A stretch of DNA of 64,000 bases from Macrostomum lignano. Its lineage: Eukaryota. Location: assembly GCA_002269645.1 (NCBI GenBank), contig NIVC01002158.1, positions 134,101 to 198,100 of the forward strand, given 5' to 3'. The position numbers and the translations under genes were made by a program. Of this stretch, positions 15,101-29,000 are shown piece after piece; the first letter of the stretch is position 1, and every line of letters starts with the position of its first letter. The notes below the pieces were generated by a model. It saw only the letters and a program-made list of their open reading frames with translations, ran no database searches and had not been told where the DNA came from.

Positions 15101-18100
15101 AATCTGTAGTGTACAACTAGAAACAGGTGTTGGATTTTACTCACCATACTACTTAAGTCTTGGTATTCTGGCTCACTTAATTTAATTTTATAATTATAAA
15201 ACTCGATGGCTGAATCGACCGCTGCCAAGCTCCATGCATACCACTGGCATTACCGCAACTTCCCCATCCGCTATGCACTACTTTCGCTGCTATCTAGCTG
15301 TGAACGCGGTGACCCGTCAGCAGCTGGTGGAAGTCCGCAGCCTGCCAAACCCGCCACCGCTAGTGAAGCTGGCCCTGGAGTCAGTGTGCACCATGCTAGG
15401 CGAGCCTACTCAAGACTGGAAGTCCATCCGAACCATTCTAATGCGAGACAATTTCATATCTCAGCTGCTCAATTATCAGACTGAAGATCTCAGGTGAGTC
15501 AGCGGCTCAATTCGTTGCTTTGCTAATCCGATTCGCCCCCTCCCCCTCCCCATACTTTCCTTAAATCCGCCGCTATCCAGCCGTTGAGGGCATCAAGCGG
15601 AAGGATATTCAGGAGATCAAAGCGATGAAGAACCCGCCGCCGGCGGTGAAAATGGCCGTGGAATCCATCTGCCTACTGTTGGGAGAGAAGTCCTCAGATT
15701 GGAAGCAGATTCAAGGTGTAATTGTTAAAGACACCTTTGTGCCAAGTATTGTTAATTATAAGACACTGGAGATGCCGTAAGTTCAATCAGAGAGCGAACT
15801 CCTCTATACAGTTAAACAGGTGGCCGAGTTTCCTTATCCTATTTATTATGGGTCAATAAGTGACGCACTTCGATTTTTTCGATTTCAAAAACCGCTTCAA
15901 AGATTCAAAATATTTATTAAAAACCTGAAAACTACTTAACTTGTTAAGTAGTATATTTGCGTTCAAGATACTGGTATTCTCGACAGTTATCTCGTAATTG
16001 TATTCAGCTGGATTTTTGCATCTCAAGCAGTACGAAGCTACTAAAAGTAGTATAAGTTGAGTAGGCTATAAATTATTTATAATTTCGTAAAGAAAAAATA
16101 TTTGCTAGCCGCCAAATTCGCAATATCAATCAGTAGTATTCCAATCAGTAGTACGATCGCATATAATCTTTCCTACACCTGGCATTGTCTTTATTATTAA
16201 GCTGGTTAGCTTAATTAATTACCTCCATCTTTATATTGGTGATCAAGGATCAACATGCTTTTGCTTTCACATTTTCTCAAGTTATCAAATACAAATCGCT
16301 TTAACAAAAAAACTCCAAAAATTAATTACAAAATGCAGCGACTCCATCCGCGAGACCATGAAGAAGAAGTACCTGTCCAATCCCGACTACAACTTCGAGA
16401 AAGTCAACCGGGCCAGCATAGCCTGCGGCCCCATGGTGAAGTGGGCCATCGCCCAGATCAGCTACGCCGAGATGCTGCAGAAGGTTGAGCCGCTCCGTGC
16501 CGAGCTCAAAGCCCTGGAGGTTGAGGCCGGATCCAACAGGCGGAATGCTGAGGAATGCCAAGCCGAGATCAGCCGCCTGGAGAAGAGCATCGCCAAGTAC
16601 AAGGAGGAATACGCGGCACTGATTAGCCAGGCTCAGGCTATCAAATCCGATCTGGCCTCGGTTGAAGCCAAGGTCAGCCGGTCCGTTGCTCTGCTGTCCT
16701 CGCTTAGCAACGAGAAGAAGCGCTGGGAGAGTGGCTCAGATGCTTTCAAAGCTCAGATGGAGACTATTGTTGGCGACTGCCTGCTCAGCTCCGCTTTCAT
16801 GGCCTATGCTGGCTACTTTGATCAGCACATGAGAACTACTCTGTTCACCACTTGGTCGCATCATCTGCAGCAGGCTAATATCAAGTACAGGAGCGACCTG
16901 GCTAGGGTTGAGGTGAGCACCTTGTTATTGATTCTCCTCAACAACTTACTTTCTTCCCAATTCCCAGATCTGCAGCTTCTCCCAGATCCCAGATCCCCAT
17001 AGACTGGGCAGCTACTCCCAGATCCCAGATCCCCATAGACTGGGCAGCTTCTCCCAGATCCCCATAGACTGGGCAGCTTCTCCCAGATCCCCATAGACTG
17101 GGCAGCTTCTTCCAGATCCCCATAGACTGGGCAGCTTCTCCCAGATCCCCATAGACTGGGCAGCTTCTCCCAGATCCCCATAGACTGGGCAGCTTCTCCC
17201 AGATCCCCATAGACTGGGCAGCTTCTCCCAGATCCCCATAGACTGGGCAGCTTCTCCCAGATCCCCATAGACTGGGCAGCTTCTTCCAGATCTCCATAGA
17301 CTGGGCAGCTTCTCCCAGATCCCCATAGACTGGGCAGCTTCTCCCAGATCCCCATAGACTGGGCAGCTTCTCCCAGATCCCAGATCCCCATAGACTGGGC
17401 AGCTTCTCCCAGATCCCCATAGACTGGGCAGCTTCTCCCAGATCCCCATAGACTGGGCAGCTTCTCCCAGATCCCCATAGACTGGGCAGCTTCTCCCAGA
17501 TCCCAGATCCCCATAGACTGGGCAGCTTCTCCCAGATCCCAGATCCCCATAGACTGGGCAGCTTCTCCCAGATCCCCATAGACGGGCAGCTTCTCCCAGA
17601 TCCCAGATCCCCATAGACTGGGCACCCCTAGTGCCTTTTACGTTGCAGTAATGTTGACATTCAACCCTTGTGAAATGTTGCCTGAAGCTCCCAAATGACG
17701 CGCCTGGCAATGTTGCACAACATTGACATGTCAGCATTGCAAAATCAAATTGAAATCAACGTTCTTGCAACCTTGAAGCATATCCCAATCCCAGACGGGT
17801 CCTTTTATATGCTAACCCCTAGTGCCATTTATGTTGCGGGAATGTTGTACAAATGTTGACGCGCAACAAGTGGTAAACGTTGCTAGAAGCGACCGTTTGT
17901 CGCGCAAAACAACGTTGCAGAATGGTTGACGCATCAACATTGCAAAATCAACATACATCAACATCTGTGCAACATGTAGTCGTCGTGTCTACTATTAGTA
18001 GTATCTAATGTATGTGTATTATTCTATATACTACATATATTTCGTATCACTTTCATTCTATAATATACGACGACTCTACTATTACACTTGCTTATGTCTT

Positions 18101-21100
18101 TCTTTCGCATGCCATGCATTAATTTTGGATTGTTGTTAAGGAACTTCTACCGGTAGTAACACTGACTACATAGTAAAAAATCTGTAGCTTGCACACAGGT
18201 TCAAAAATCGAGACTCCTACATCTTGAAATAATACGAAAATACGGCCATGACTTAGCATTTGCTAAAAAGAATAAGTAAAATAGCAAAAAACGTTTCGAT
18301 TTAAAGGTCTGCGAAGATTAGCTAATGAGCACCATTAATTTTTTTTGTTTTATCGTAAACACATCAGATCAGACGGTTACCATTATAGTAGGTCAAGAAA
18401 GCAATAAAAATATTTACTACATTAGATGCGCATGATGTGTATCTTTGTGTGTGACTGCAAGCTGCAACCTGCAGTGTTTCTTTTAATGAATAAAAAAGTT
18501 AGCAGGAAAATAAGAGATTCGCAAAACTATTATTAATGGCAACTGCTATTTGCATGCTGGCAAAACAGACATGTCGTTCAGAAAAGATGCAAAGATAACT
18601 AGAGATCTGATGGCGATGATTAAAAACAGCTATAGCCTCCAAAGAGATTCACCTAACCTAGAGCGAGTCTATACTGATCTTTGTTCTTAGAACTTAGAAC
18701 AACTAGTTTTATTAAGCCACCAATCCCGTGAAGTCTGAACTCCTATTTACTCAAAGTTGAGTAAGTGTACAACCGTCAACGTTGATGACTTCAAATCGTT
18801 GGCCGCCATTGTCATTATCTTCGCTGCTGTCGTGAGCGCCCTCGTCGTCAGAACTGCTGTCGCTCTCGCCACTTGCATCGCCGTCAGTGTTCATGTCTGC
18901 GCCGTCACCTCCGCTTTGCCGAGTGCTCCTTGGGCCTGCAGCCGAGTTCCGAAGTTCTCCAGTCGGACGCTGTGCGGACTGCTGTGAGCACCTTTTTCGG
19001 CGGAACCGAGTGCCTGAGTGGCGCAGATGTTCGCCCACCGCGGATTCAATGGCCTCGCCTTTGGCGTCTTTGTGAACACTCCACACGACGTCTAAAAGTA
19101 GGTAAATACTGCCCATTAGTTTTGCTTACCCAAAGTAGATTAGTATCTAGATATGGACGTACAGAATTGATATATATTTAACTAAGCAGCTTAAATACAC
19201 ATTTTATCATAGAAGAGACAAAATCCTAAGCACCATTATGTTGCTTACTTTTGATAAAAGGCAGCAGGCCAGTTGACTCAAAGCAATACTTGGAAACGCC
19301 AGAACGCTTGGCACCACGGAGACTGAACTGATGAGCAAGCTTGTCATCCATGATGTGGTATAAGATATTAGCGACGGACTTCATTAGAGTTTTGCTGGTA
19401 AGCCGCTTGAAGAACAGAAACTGAAATGTGTGGAATGAATTCGAATGGTAGACTAGAAATTGAATTAATAAACTACAAGACATTACACATTAATAGTCAT
19501 GTCTTGTAATGTGTTATATTCTCTCATAAAATACATGCGGCAGTTAAGCGGCATCCAGTCGCTTTTGTAAATCGTGCAATGATAAAAATCATACAAAATA
19601 CTAGCACTCACTGCATCATTTAAGCAGCCTCGATCACTTGTTAGTCGTGTGGCCCACTCAGTCAGTTTATCGACTTCGGTAAATGGCAGATCTTGAAGTA
19701 TAGGCCTGTCGGTTGGCTGTTGGCCGTGCTGGGCATTGCTGGAGTTTGCACCTGTACTACGAGACGAAGAGTTCTGCAGAGCAAGAAACTGCAGGTGAAA
19801 GTCTTTCACCTCTGTAGCCAGGCCACAAATCGCACCATGCATCGCGCGCTGGGTTGCTAAAATGAAGAAAATTATCGAGAAGATGTATCAGCCAGTCAGG
19901 GATAATAGTCAGTTAGTGACTCAAATAGATTATTCTCTATACAAACCAGATGAACCTCCGAAACGTTAAGTACAAATTAAAAAGTGTAAATCGCAGCAAA
20001 ACTCAGAATCATGCGGAGCTGAATGTTTAATAGTGCATTACGCCATTTTAATTTAAATCGTAACTTTACTTAATTCTGGAAATGAAGAGCTCGGATTAGA
20101 ACTTCTAAATTTTCTTATATCAGCGCCTCAGTAGCGAAAGAAATTTTTTTAGCTGGCTTACTTTCAATCCGCCGCACGGCTGTCACTAGAAAGTCCAATA
20201 TGTCTGCACGGCTCGCGTCGTAAACGCCAATCGCAGAGGCCGCGGCAGCTGCAGCAGAAGCAGGATGGTGCTGGATTCCATGCCCCATCGGAGAGGCCGC
20301 GGCAGATGCAGCAGAAGCAGGATGGTGCTGGATTCCATGCCCCATCGGAGAGGCCGCGGCAGATGCAGCAGAAGCAGGATGGTGCTGGATTCCATGCCCC
20401 ATCGGAGAGGCCGCGGCAGATGCAGCAGAAGCAGGATGGTGCTGGATTCCATGCCCCATCGGAGAGGCCGCGGCAGATGCAGCAGAAGCAGGATGGTGCT
20501 GGATTCCATGCCCCATCGGAGAGGCCGCGGCAGATGCAGCAGAAGCAGGATGGTGCTGGATTCCATGCCCCATCGGAGAGGCCGCGGCAGATGCAGCAGA
20601 AGCAGGATGGTGCTGGATTCCATGCCCCATCGGAGAGGCCGCGGCAGATGCAGCAGAAGCAGGATGGTGCTGGATTCCATGCCCCATCGGAGAGGCCGCG
20701 GCAGCTGCAGCAGAAGCAGGATGGTGCTGGATTCCATGCCCCATCGGAGAGGCCGCGGCAGCTGCAGCTAAATTGGTGCTGGTGCTGAAGCTGCCACAAG
20801 AAGACTGTGAAAACGGGCTCAGACTCGATGTAGTAGCATGAACTGCGCTTGCCAAGATGGCTTCATGTTGGATGGAAGCCAAATTCGAACTGCTGCTTAT
20901 TGTCAAAGGTGGCCTCGTGCCATCAGGTTGAAACTTTGGTGGCGCTGACGACTGTCCAGCACTCCGGCTGTTACCCAGTGTAGAGGATTTGCTCTTTGTC
21001 GTTCTCTTTCGGCCGGTTTTTCGAGTCTCAATGTCGAAATTCTCATTGTAATAGTGGTCGACAACTTGAATTCTTCGTGGAGCATCTATATCAGTAGAAT

Positions 21101-24100
21101 CAACTTCTCCCCGACTCTCGTACCGCTTCCGCAGGTTGACAGCAGCGGGAAATTGATCTGCATGAAGGGGAATAGACACATGTACATGTACACTATATAA
21201 AATTACATCCTTTATTATTAGCTATGAAAATTCGCTTTCACGTGGGACTTAGTCATCCCACATCTAATTAAACAAGAAAAAATATCAACCCCCCGATGTA
21301 GATAATAGGAGCCACATTGAAGTACTTTTTTCTAATGTATACAAGAAAATAGTACAATAATTGCACTTAAGACTGGCTTCATATGTAATCATAGGCATAT
21401 CATATATAATCTACCTATTTGAAAATAATTCTGCATTAGCACATAAACTCACCTCTCGATCCAATGATGTCGACTTTGTAAGGCAACCAACTATCGTCTG
21501 GGACTGACTTCGACTGGTTTGTCAAGCAAGCCTTGAACTTTTTCAGGGGAGGGCACAAGACGCTGTCGCTGCCCTGAAGCCAGGAACGACGAACGATTTC
21601 AATTTCTTCAGTTTCATTGAAGCGAACAACAACAAATGCATTCAGGTCGTTTAGACTCATTCATAGACTTGGCCCGAATATGCTGAAATAAAAGTTGGAG
21701 GGAAACAAAGCAAAGTTAGAAAAGCTATCGGATCGGAACACATTTTCCTTTATTATTTTATAGTACTATGGGTGAAAACGCAACGCATATATTTCAGAAG
21801 CCTACCTTCACTAAAAATCTGTTAACAAACAGCAAAACCATTTTGCGAAGCAAAGAAAACCATCTAAAAAGGGACTGTCATATATTTCGCATGTCTATGC
21901 CTAATCATGTCTAGGTCTATATGCGATTGTTGGAAAGAATTTAATATGAAAGCATGAAATTAGTGACAGCGTGAAATGATAGTATGTTCTTCCCACAAAC
22001 ATTTATATTTTCTAATATTACCTGCTTACTCAGTGGGAGTGGCTAAAAATGAAACCAACATTTGCTGAATGAGAAAGCAGCTAGCTAGAAGAAGTCAGAC
22101 AGAGAGTTCATTCAGTTGCTTCCAAACATTTGCAGAGAAATGCTTGATGTGCGTAGAAGCTACGCACAGTCGACCAATGTATGTAAAATAGGGAGAATGC
22201 AGGAACGATTTTTGAGACTTACAAGCATCGCTTTACCATAGAAATCAGTCCATCGTACAGTTACGAGTGAGTTGCTTAAAGTATTGACAACGGAAATGTG
22301 CAGAGACATTGAGTCGAAAGTTTCGTCGTAGAGGGCGGTTTGCTGAATAAATTTCTTGCCAACGAAAATACAACCGACATCAGTAGAAATTATATGAGTG
22401 ACTACAACTGCAAATCCATCTCGAGTTAAAATATAGCAGTCTGGATTAGCAACAGATATATACGTTCCACGCAATACAAGACTAACTTTACGGTAAATAC
22501 CAAATGTCTGAACTCCTTGCAATGAGAAGTCTACATTCGAAGATGCAATTGGACCGGAATATTCAAAAGGCGACTGAATAGAACACATGTGCTTAGGAAA
22601 AAAACCGAGAGTCACATCTCTCTCCAGAATTCGCTTCACAGTCTGCTCGAGAGCAAAACGTGGACTGCGAACAAACTGGGTAATAAAGCGGATAAAATTT
22701 TCGCCCCAAAAGCAACTAAAACTATCCAACGGACCACGTCGACGAACTTCTGAAGGAATATGAATTATTGAATGCACAGTGTACACGATAAACTCGTCAC
22801 CCCAAATAATTGCACATTCATTAACAATGTGCTTTGCCAAATCTTCGGCATAAGAGCAGTACGTTTGACAAACCAAAGGATGCGACAATAGGAAAACAAA
22901 CGAATGCAGAGAAAGAAATAATTGATACACAGATTCAGGGACGTTTCCAGCTAAAACAATTGGCGCCAAGTACAAAATAAACAATCTAAACTCAGTTGCC
23001 TTCCAAAGACCCACGCACTCAATCGACCGTGGCTTTCGTGCAAAATCATGCGGAATGCAAGACGAAATAGAACACAGATCAGCACTTATCTGACGAATAT
23101 TAGGTCCAGATGCTCGATGGGGCAAGCGTCCCTTACCGAGGAATTTTAAACATTTAGGAACAATACCCTCGTATATTAAGTGCATTGGATCCAGAGGAAA
23201 ATCATGAACCATGTCGATGGGCAAACTTAAAAAAGGGCTTGGTAGAAGAACATGATTTGGGTATACATCACCTCTGAAGCCAAAGTCAGTTCGTAGTGCA
23301 GCACTTAGGTCAGAAAATGTCACTCTTCCATTACAAAAGTCCCCTTCAACAGTGCACTTGTCGCAACCAAAGTATCCCCAACATGCTTTTGTTCCTTTTA
23401 CAAAGCTGCGTGCTGGTGAATCGCAGGTAATCATTGAAAGTTTAAAAGGTAATATGAGATCTGACTCTGAAGTGACAGTAGAGACAAATCCATCAGCCAT
23501 CAAATCACGCAATTCAGTAATACAGTCGGCAAGAAAGTCCGAAGCAGAGAGGGGTTTGCCAGTTCCATAGTAAAGCCCGATTATAAAAACAGAATGAGAC
23601 AAATTCGAAACTCTACCCAACACAGGCCACAATGTATAGGTAGTGCTATTGTGCACTTTTGCACCATCAACAAAAAGGTGGAGGTTCAAGGAATCCAGAC
23701 GAGAGCGTGATCCAATATTGCTCAGGAGAAAGTCAAGACCAGCTTTAACGCCAAAATGATAATATCGCCCTGGGTTGACATAGCGAAAAGTAAGCTCCCT
23801 TGGTGTAGTCATTAGTCCACGATAGTCAGCAGCTAGACCAGGAAACTCGTCTTGTAGATTCTGAAGCAAGTAGTTCACGCACGGCACTTCTGGGCCTGTT
23901 GCTTTAACCCAGTCTCGAAGCATGGCCTCGAGTCTCGCACATTGGTTGTCATCAGAATGAAGGGCTGATTCAATCGTTGAAGAAGTCAGGTTTCCTAAAT
24001 GTAAGAAATAAATAGCTAGAGTATTATCAAAAACTATTAAAAAGATTATGCACATACTTGTTGATAAAATCACATTTTTACTCTAAATTTTTGTTTAACT

Positions 24101-26020
24101 TTCAAAGTTACAGAAAAAATTTAAGTTAATTTATTTGTAAAGCAGAAATGAATAATGGATGGTGTAAGGTTCATATTCAGTTTAGAGGATCAAGCACACT
24201 AAGATGTCAATAAAAAGTGTTGAAAGCAATTAGGGGTTATTATAAAAAATAGATACATTCAATCTTACCAACATCATCACTAGTCATCTCCTGGTATTCA
24301 AGTTCCATTTGAGACTCTTCTGTGGGCTCAGGAGCAGCATGAATTCCAAGCTCTGCCATAGGCTCAGTTGGCTGTTGACTTGGATCTTCAGTGTGACATG
24401 GGCAATGCAGCATAACTGCAGCTTCCTCGTAGCTTCTCTTAATATGTCGTTGGACTGTTCGCTTACTGGCTCCATGAACAGATGTTGAGGAAAAACCTAG
24501 ACAAATTATAGAGAAATGGATGAAATGAAAGCCTCATAATTACGCCAGCATAATGAAGCCTTCTATGCCTTCAATACCTTGAGCAAGACCTAGCAAGAAA
24601 CTGTCAGTATCAAGATCATACCCTTGATAATGAGTACTCAACATAAGTATATGCTTATTGCAACATATATATAATATAAATTATAGCAAAAAATATGTTT
24701 ATATTACAAATCTAATATACAATCCACAAATTTCCTAAAACTTGCATCTTGTGCTTTAAAGAAAATAATAATTGTTTAACAACATTGCAAGCTTTATTTT
24801 CTCCAAACAGAAGCATTATAGATAAAAAAATTTACTCAAAGTTTTGCCAAAAGCAAAAATAAATCAAGTTGACAATTATCATTATGAACAAATCCCAAAT
24901 ACACCAAATTCATCATTTAGCATAGCAAACATTTTTATAGGCAAGGTTTGATTTAGGGTCTAATATAGTAGAACTAAAACTAATAAATATAATAAATAAT
25001 AAAACTAATATAGGGTCTTTAGGAGCATATATAAAAATTAACAAATTAGGTTGAATACAAATAGCCAGCATTATATACTTTTAAGCTTGATACTCAAGTC
25101 TCTTGAATTTTGACTAGCACTTCATATCCAACAAATAACTTTTCAATAAATTTTGTTTTATTTAAATTAATTTAGCTATCATTAGCTAGTTATTAAATAT
25201 AACATTTCTTATGAAACAATCTTATACCATAGTCCAGAAGAAGGCATCTTGTACCCCAGAAATTTCTAGGGTACACTCAAGAAATTTAGCATACATTGGC
25301 ATACACAAAAAGTGATTTTCTAAGGCTTTTGGCATATATGTTTAATATTTTTGTGACACACAAAGAATGAAAAGTTATGTTATTAATAATTGTTACAATA
25401 GTTGTCCATGCATACATTACTATAAAATTTGATATAAAATTAATGCAAAACTGAATTCTGTTTTTTATAAGTTAAAAGTCATGATTTTTAACAAAAATGC
25501 ACAAAGTTTACTTTTGTTTTTTTAATATATATAACATTATATAAATATAACTATAACTGTTATTTTTAGTTTTTAGCTCATCTCATTTAAATTAAATATC
25601 TAAATCACCCATCATGTTCCATCACTTATTCCTAGCAATTTAGATGTTTTGTGTAAAGTATTATAAATGGTATATATTGGCATTAAAAGAATGTTGACAG
25701 TTTTTTTGTGGGGCACATATAGTGTTCTGAACTATAGATCTTATACAAAAAATCTATGATTTGCAACACTTTTTATTTATAGTTGAAATTTGCTCTTTAA
25801 TCATTTCTAAGTCTATTTTACATCCAAAATGCAAAAAAACTTATTGATATTTGCAATCTACACTTTAATCTTTATTTTGGCAGTCTTAGTCTTACTTCTT
25901 ATAATAAAGGAATGTTTAGACAAACATTTTATGATATAGAGCAATAGGCCTAATATAGATATATAAATAGACTATACCAAATGGTATATAATTGAGGCAA
26001 ACTTGAACTAAAAATAGTTA

Positions 26021-26059
<39 letters not shown>

Positions 26060-29000
26060 CATATTTATACCAACAACATGAGTTTGTATTATATTTATAT
26101 TATAGGGCCTAGCAACATATTATACTAACTAACCTTAAGTATTAGGCCTATACTAACAAATGTTTGGCCTAAATAAGGCTAAGCATAACATAATCAAAAT
26201 ACTTTATATATTAGATAAGCATAAAAAATATATATTAGAAACAGAGTTTCATTGCATTATTATTTACCTACAACAACTGTGTCTTCACTTAGAGTAGGTG
26301 CAGAAGCAGATGGCCCAGACAAAAATACAATATTAGATGCTAGACCACTAAGGGCCTGGTCCTGATTATTTGCAACTTCAGGTTCAACTTGATCTTTGTC
26401 TATCTCTTGGGTAGTTTTGCAAGTTACAATCAAGTAAACAAAAAAAGCTATGGTTGTAATCCCAGGAGCAAACAAAAAAACTGGCATTCCCAACTTAATA
26501 TAGTAGCCAGGCTAAGGCCTAGGCAATAATATTTTTATGTTCTTTAAGTTTAAATTCAAGGGCTAGTGTAGTAGGAAGAGCTTTGCAACAACAGATTTTT
26601 ATCTAATTAATTTTAGTTACGTTTTTGTATTCTAGGCCTTCGACTTATGCCAACTTTAAAGCTAAGCAAACATGCAATAAACCAAATAAAAAGCTAAACA
26701 AAAAGTCAAATAGAAAGTTAGGTAAACAGTAGGCCTAAATAGCAACGATTTTTTTTGCAGCTAGAAATCCGTGTCGATGTGCCTGACGGTAGAAATTAAA
26801 TCAAGTTGGTTAGTAAAAACTGTAGCAGCTACATTTAACAAATCTTTACGTATACATTAAAGAAACAGATTCTTCTGAATTAGAATTACATAAATGAATA
26901 ACTCCGTACAATTTTAATTTAAGGAGCTCCCGAATCTAAACGAGTTGCAATAATTCAATTGCCAGAAATTCACACATTTGAAATCTTTTTCTATATCAAT
27001 GTTCCTGCAACAATTCAGCAACATTTTTATGTCAACGTTGATGCCAAGCGCGCGCTGTCAACAACGTCAATGTTGCAGCAACTAAAGATGGCACTAGGGG
27101 TAAGCATGTGAAATTAAATAATTAAGGCGACATAATCAACTTTGAAGCAAAGTAAAAGTTCATTATCAGTAAAAGTATCAACTAAAAGATGGAATTCATT
27201 AATACATAATTATGATTTTATTTTATTGTTTACAATGATTGTATCAGTTAAATTTTAAACTTTATCCCCTCTTTACTTATATTTTGAGGTGTCAAAATAT
27301 TTTGAATTGTTACTAATCTCTACATATTAAAATGAAAATTTGTAGGTAAAGAATAAATAGACCTGCTAAGCTACTGATGAGCTGTTAGCAATTACAAAAA
27401 AATATTTTAGTTAATTAACTTTGCTGCTCTGTTACTTGAGTTGAATCATTACAATAAAAAAGCTGCAAAAATTAAGGTCCCGCCATAGGCCTCGTCCTCT
27501 GCCTCGACTTTATCCTCTGCCTCGACTTTATCCTCTGCCTCGACTTTATCCTCTGCCTCGACTTTATCCTCTGCCTCGACTTTATCCTCTGCCTCGACTT
27601 TATCCTCTGCCTCGACTTTATCCTCTGCCTCGACTTTATCCTCTGCCTCGACTTTATCCTCTGCCTCAACTTTATCCTCTGCCTCGACTTTATCCTCTGC
27701 CTCGACTTTGTCCTCTGCCTCGACTTTATCCTCTGCCTCGACTTTATCCTCTGCCTCGACTTTATCCTCTGCCTCGACTTTATCCTCTGCCTCGACTTTA
27801 TCCTCTGCCTCGACTTTATCCTCTGCCTCAACTTTATCCTCTGCCTCGACTTTATCCTCTGCCTCGACTTTGTCCTCTGCCTCGACTTTATCCTCTGCCT
27901 CGACTTTATCCTCTGCCTCGACTTTATCCTCTGCCTCGACTTTATCCTCTGCCTCGACTTTATCCTCTGCCTCAACTTTATCCTCTGCCTCGACTTTATC
28001 CTCTGCCTCGACTTTGTCCTCTGCCTCGACTTTATCCTCTGCCTCGACTTTATCCTCTGCCTCGACTTTATCCTCTGCCTTGACATCGTCTTCTGGCTTG
28101 GCTTTGTCTGTTGAAGGCGTAAACATAGGTCTCCCATTTCAATAGTTTCAAATGAATCGTCAGTTGGTTGACTTTCCGCACCTAAAATACAAATAAAAAG
28201 AGTATTTATTAAAAAAATTAATGTTTACTTTAATATTAGTCCTAATATTTCCTATTAGCTTAATATAAAAATGTATTATTTACTACATGACTTCTTAATT
28301 GTAATATATTGTTTACATATATTATTAACAGTTTCACACAAATAATTTTGCCATAAGTAAAATAAACAAATCACAAATCAGCCTTACCTTTAGAGAAACT
28401 TGAATTTGAAGACAGATTCAAAAGATCCTCTGCCTCGACTTTATCCTCTGCCTCGACCTTATCTTCTGCCTCGACTTTATCCTCTGCCTTGACTTTATCC
28501 TCTGCCTCGACTTTATCCTCTGCCTCGACTTTATCCTCTGCCTCGACTTTATCCTCTGCCTTGACATCGTCTTCTGGCTTGGCTTTGTCTGTTGAAGGCG
28601 TAAACATAGGTCTCCCATTTCAATAGTTTCAAATGAATCGTCAGTTGGTTGACTTTCCGCACCTAAAATACAAATAAAAAGAGTATTTATTAAAAAAATT
28701 AATGTTTACTTTAATATTAGTCCTAATATTTCCTATTAGCTTAATATAAAAATGTATTATTTACTACATGACTTCTTAATTGTAATATATTGTTTACATA
28801 TATTATTAACAGTTTCACACAAATAATTTTGCCATAAGTAAAATAAACAAATCACAAATCAGCCTTACCTTTAGAGAAACTTGAATTTGAAGACAGATTC
28901 AAAAGACAGTATCTTCTTGGATAGTCTTTTCTGAAAACAAAAATGGAAATAATATATAAATTAGCTTTTAAAACAAAGATTAATTTTGCTTATTTACTCG

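Larger units (their letters stand above)
17816..27100 (-). mobile_element. Inner, apparently autonomous CACTA/EnSpm-type transposon (9.3 kb) nested in the outer element
   Basis: The same 11-bp TIR (cccctagtgcc 17816; ggcactagggg 27090-27100), flanked by TAA/TAA. Subterminal repeats. Encodes a transposase and an accessory gene. Confidence 0.9.

Noticed and set aside
16861-17737. Repetitive minus-strand ORFs ([13 protein letters not shown]...)
   Set aside because: Translations of the 29-bp minisatellite. The same applies to repeat ORFs at 14.5, 31.4, 35.5, 48.2-49.0 and 50.4 kb.
26022-26056. (TA)n microsatellite
   Set aside because: Real but ordinary, inside the transposon.
26260-26493. Small membrane-protein ORF
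   Set aside because: More likely part of a transposase 5' exon (phase-1 donor at 26267). The hydrophobic start is probably AT-rich non-coding sequence.
27449-28126. AEDKVE-repeat ORF as a standalone acidic protein gene
   Set aside because: It lies inside the non-autonomous transposon, and splice phase points to the other frame if the region is coding at all.
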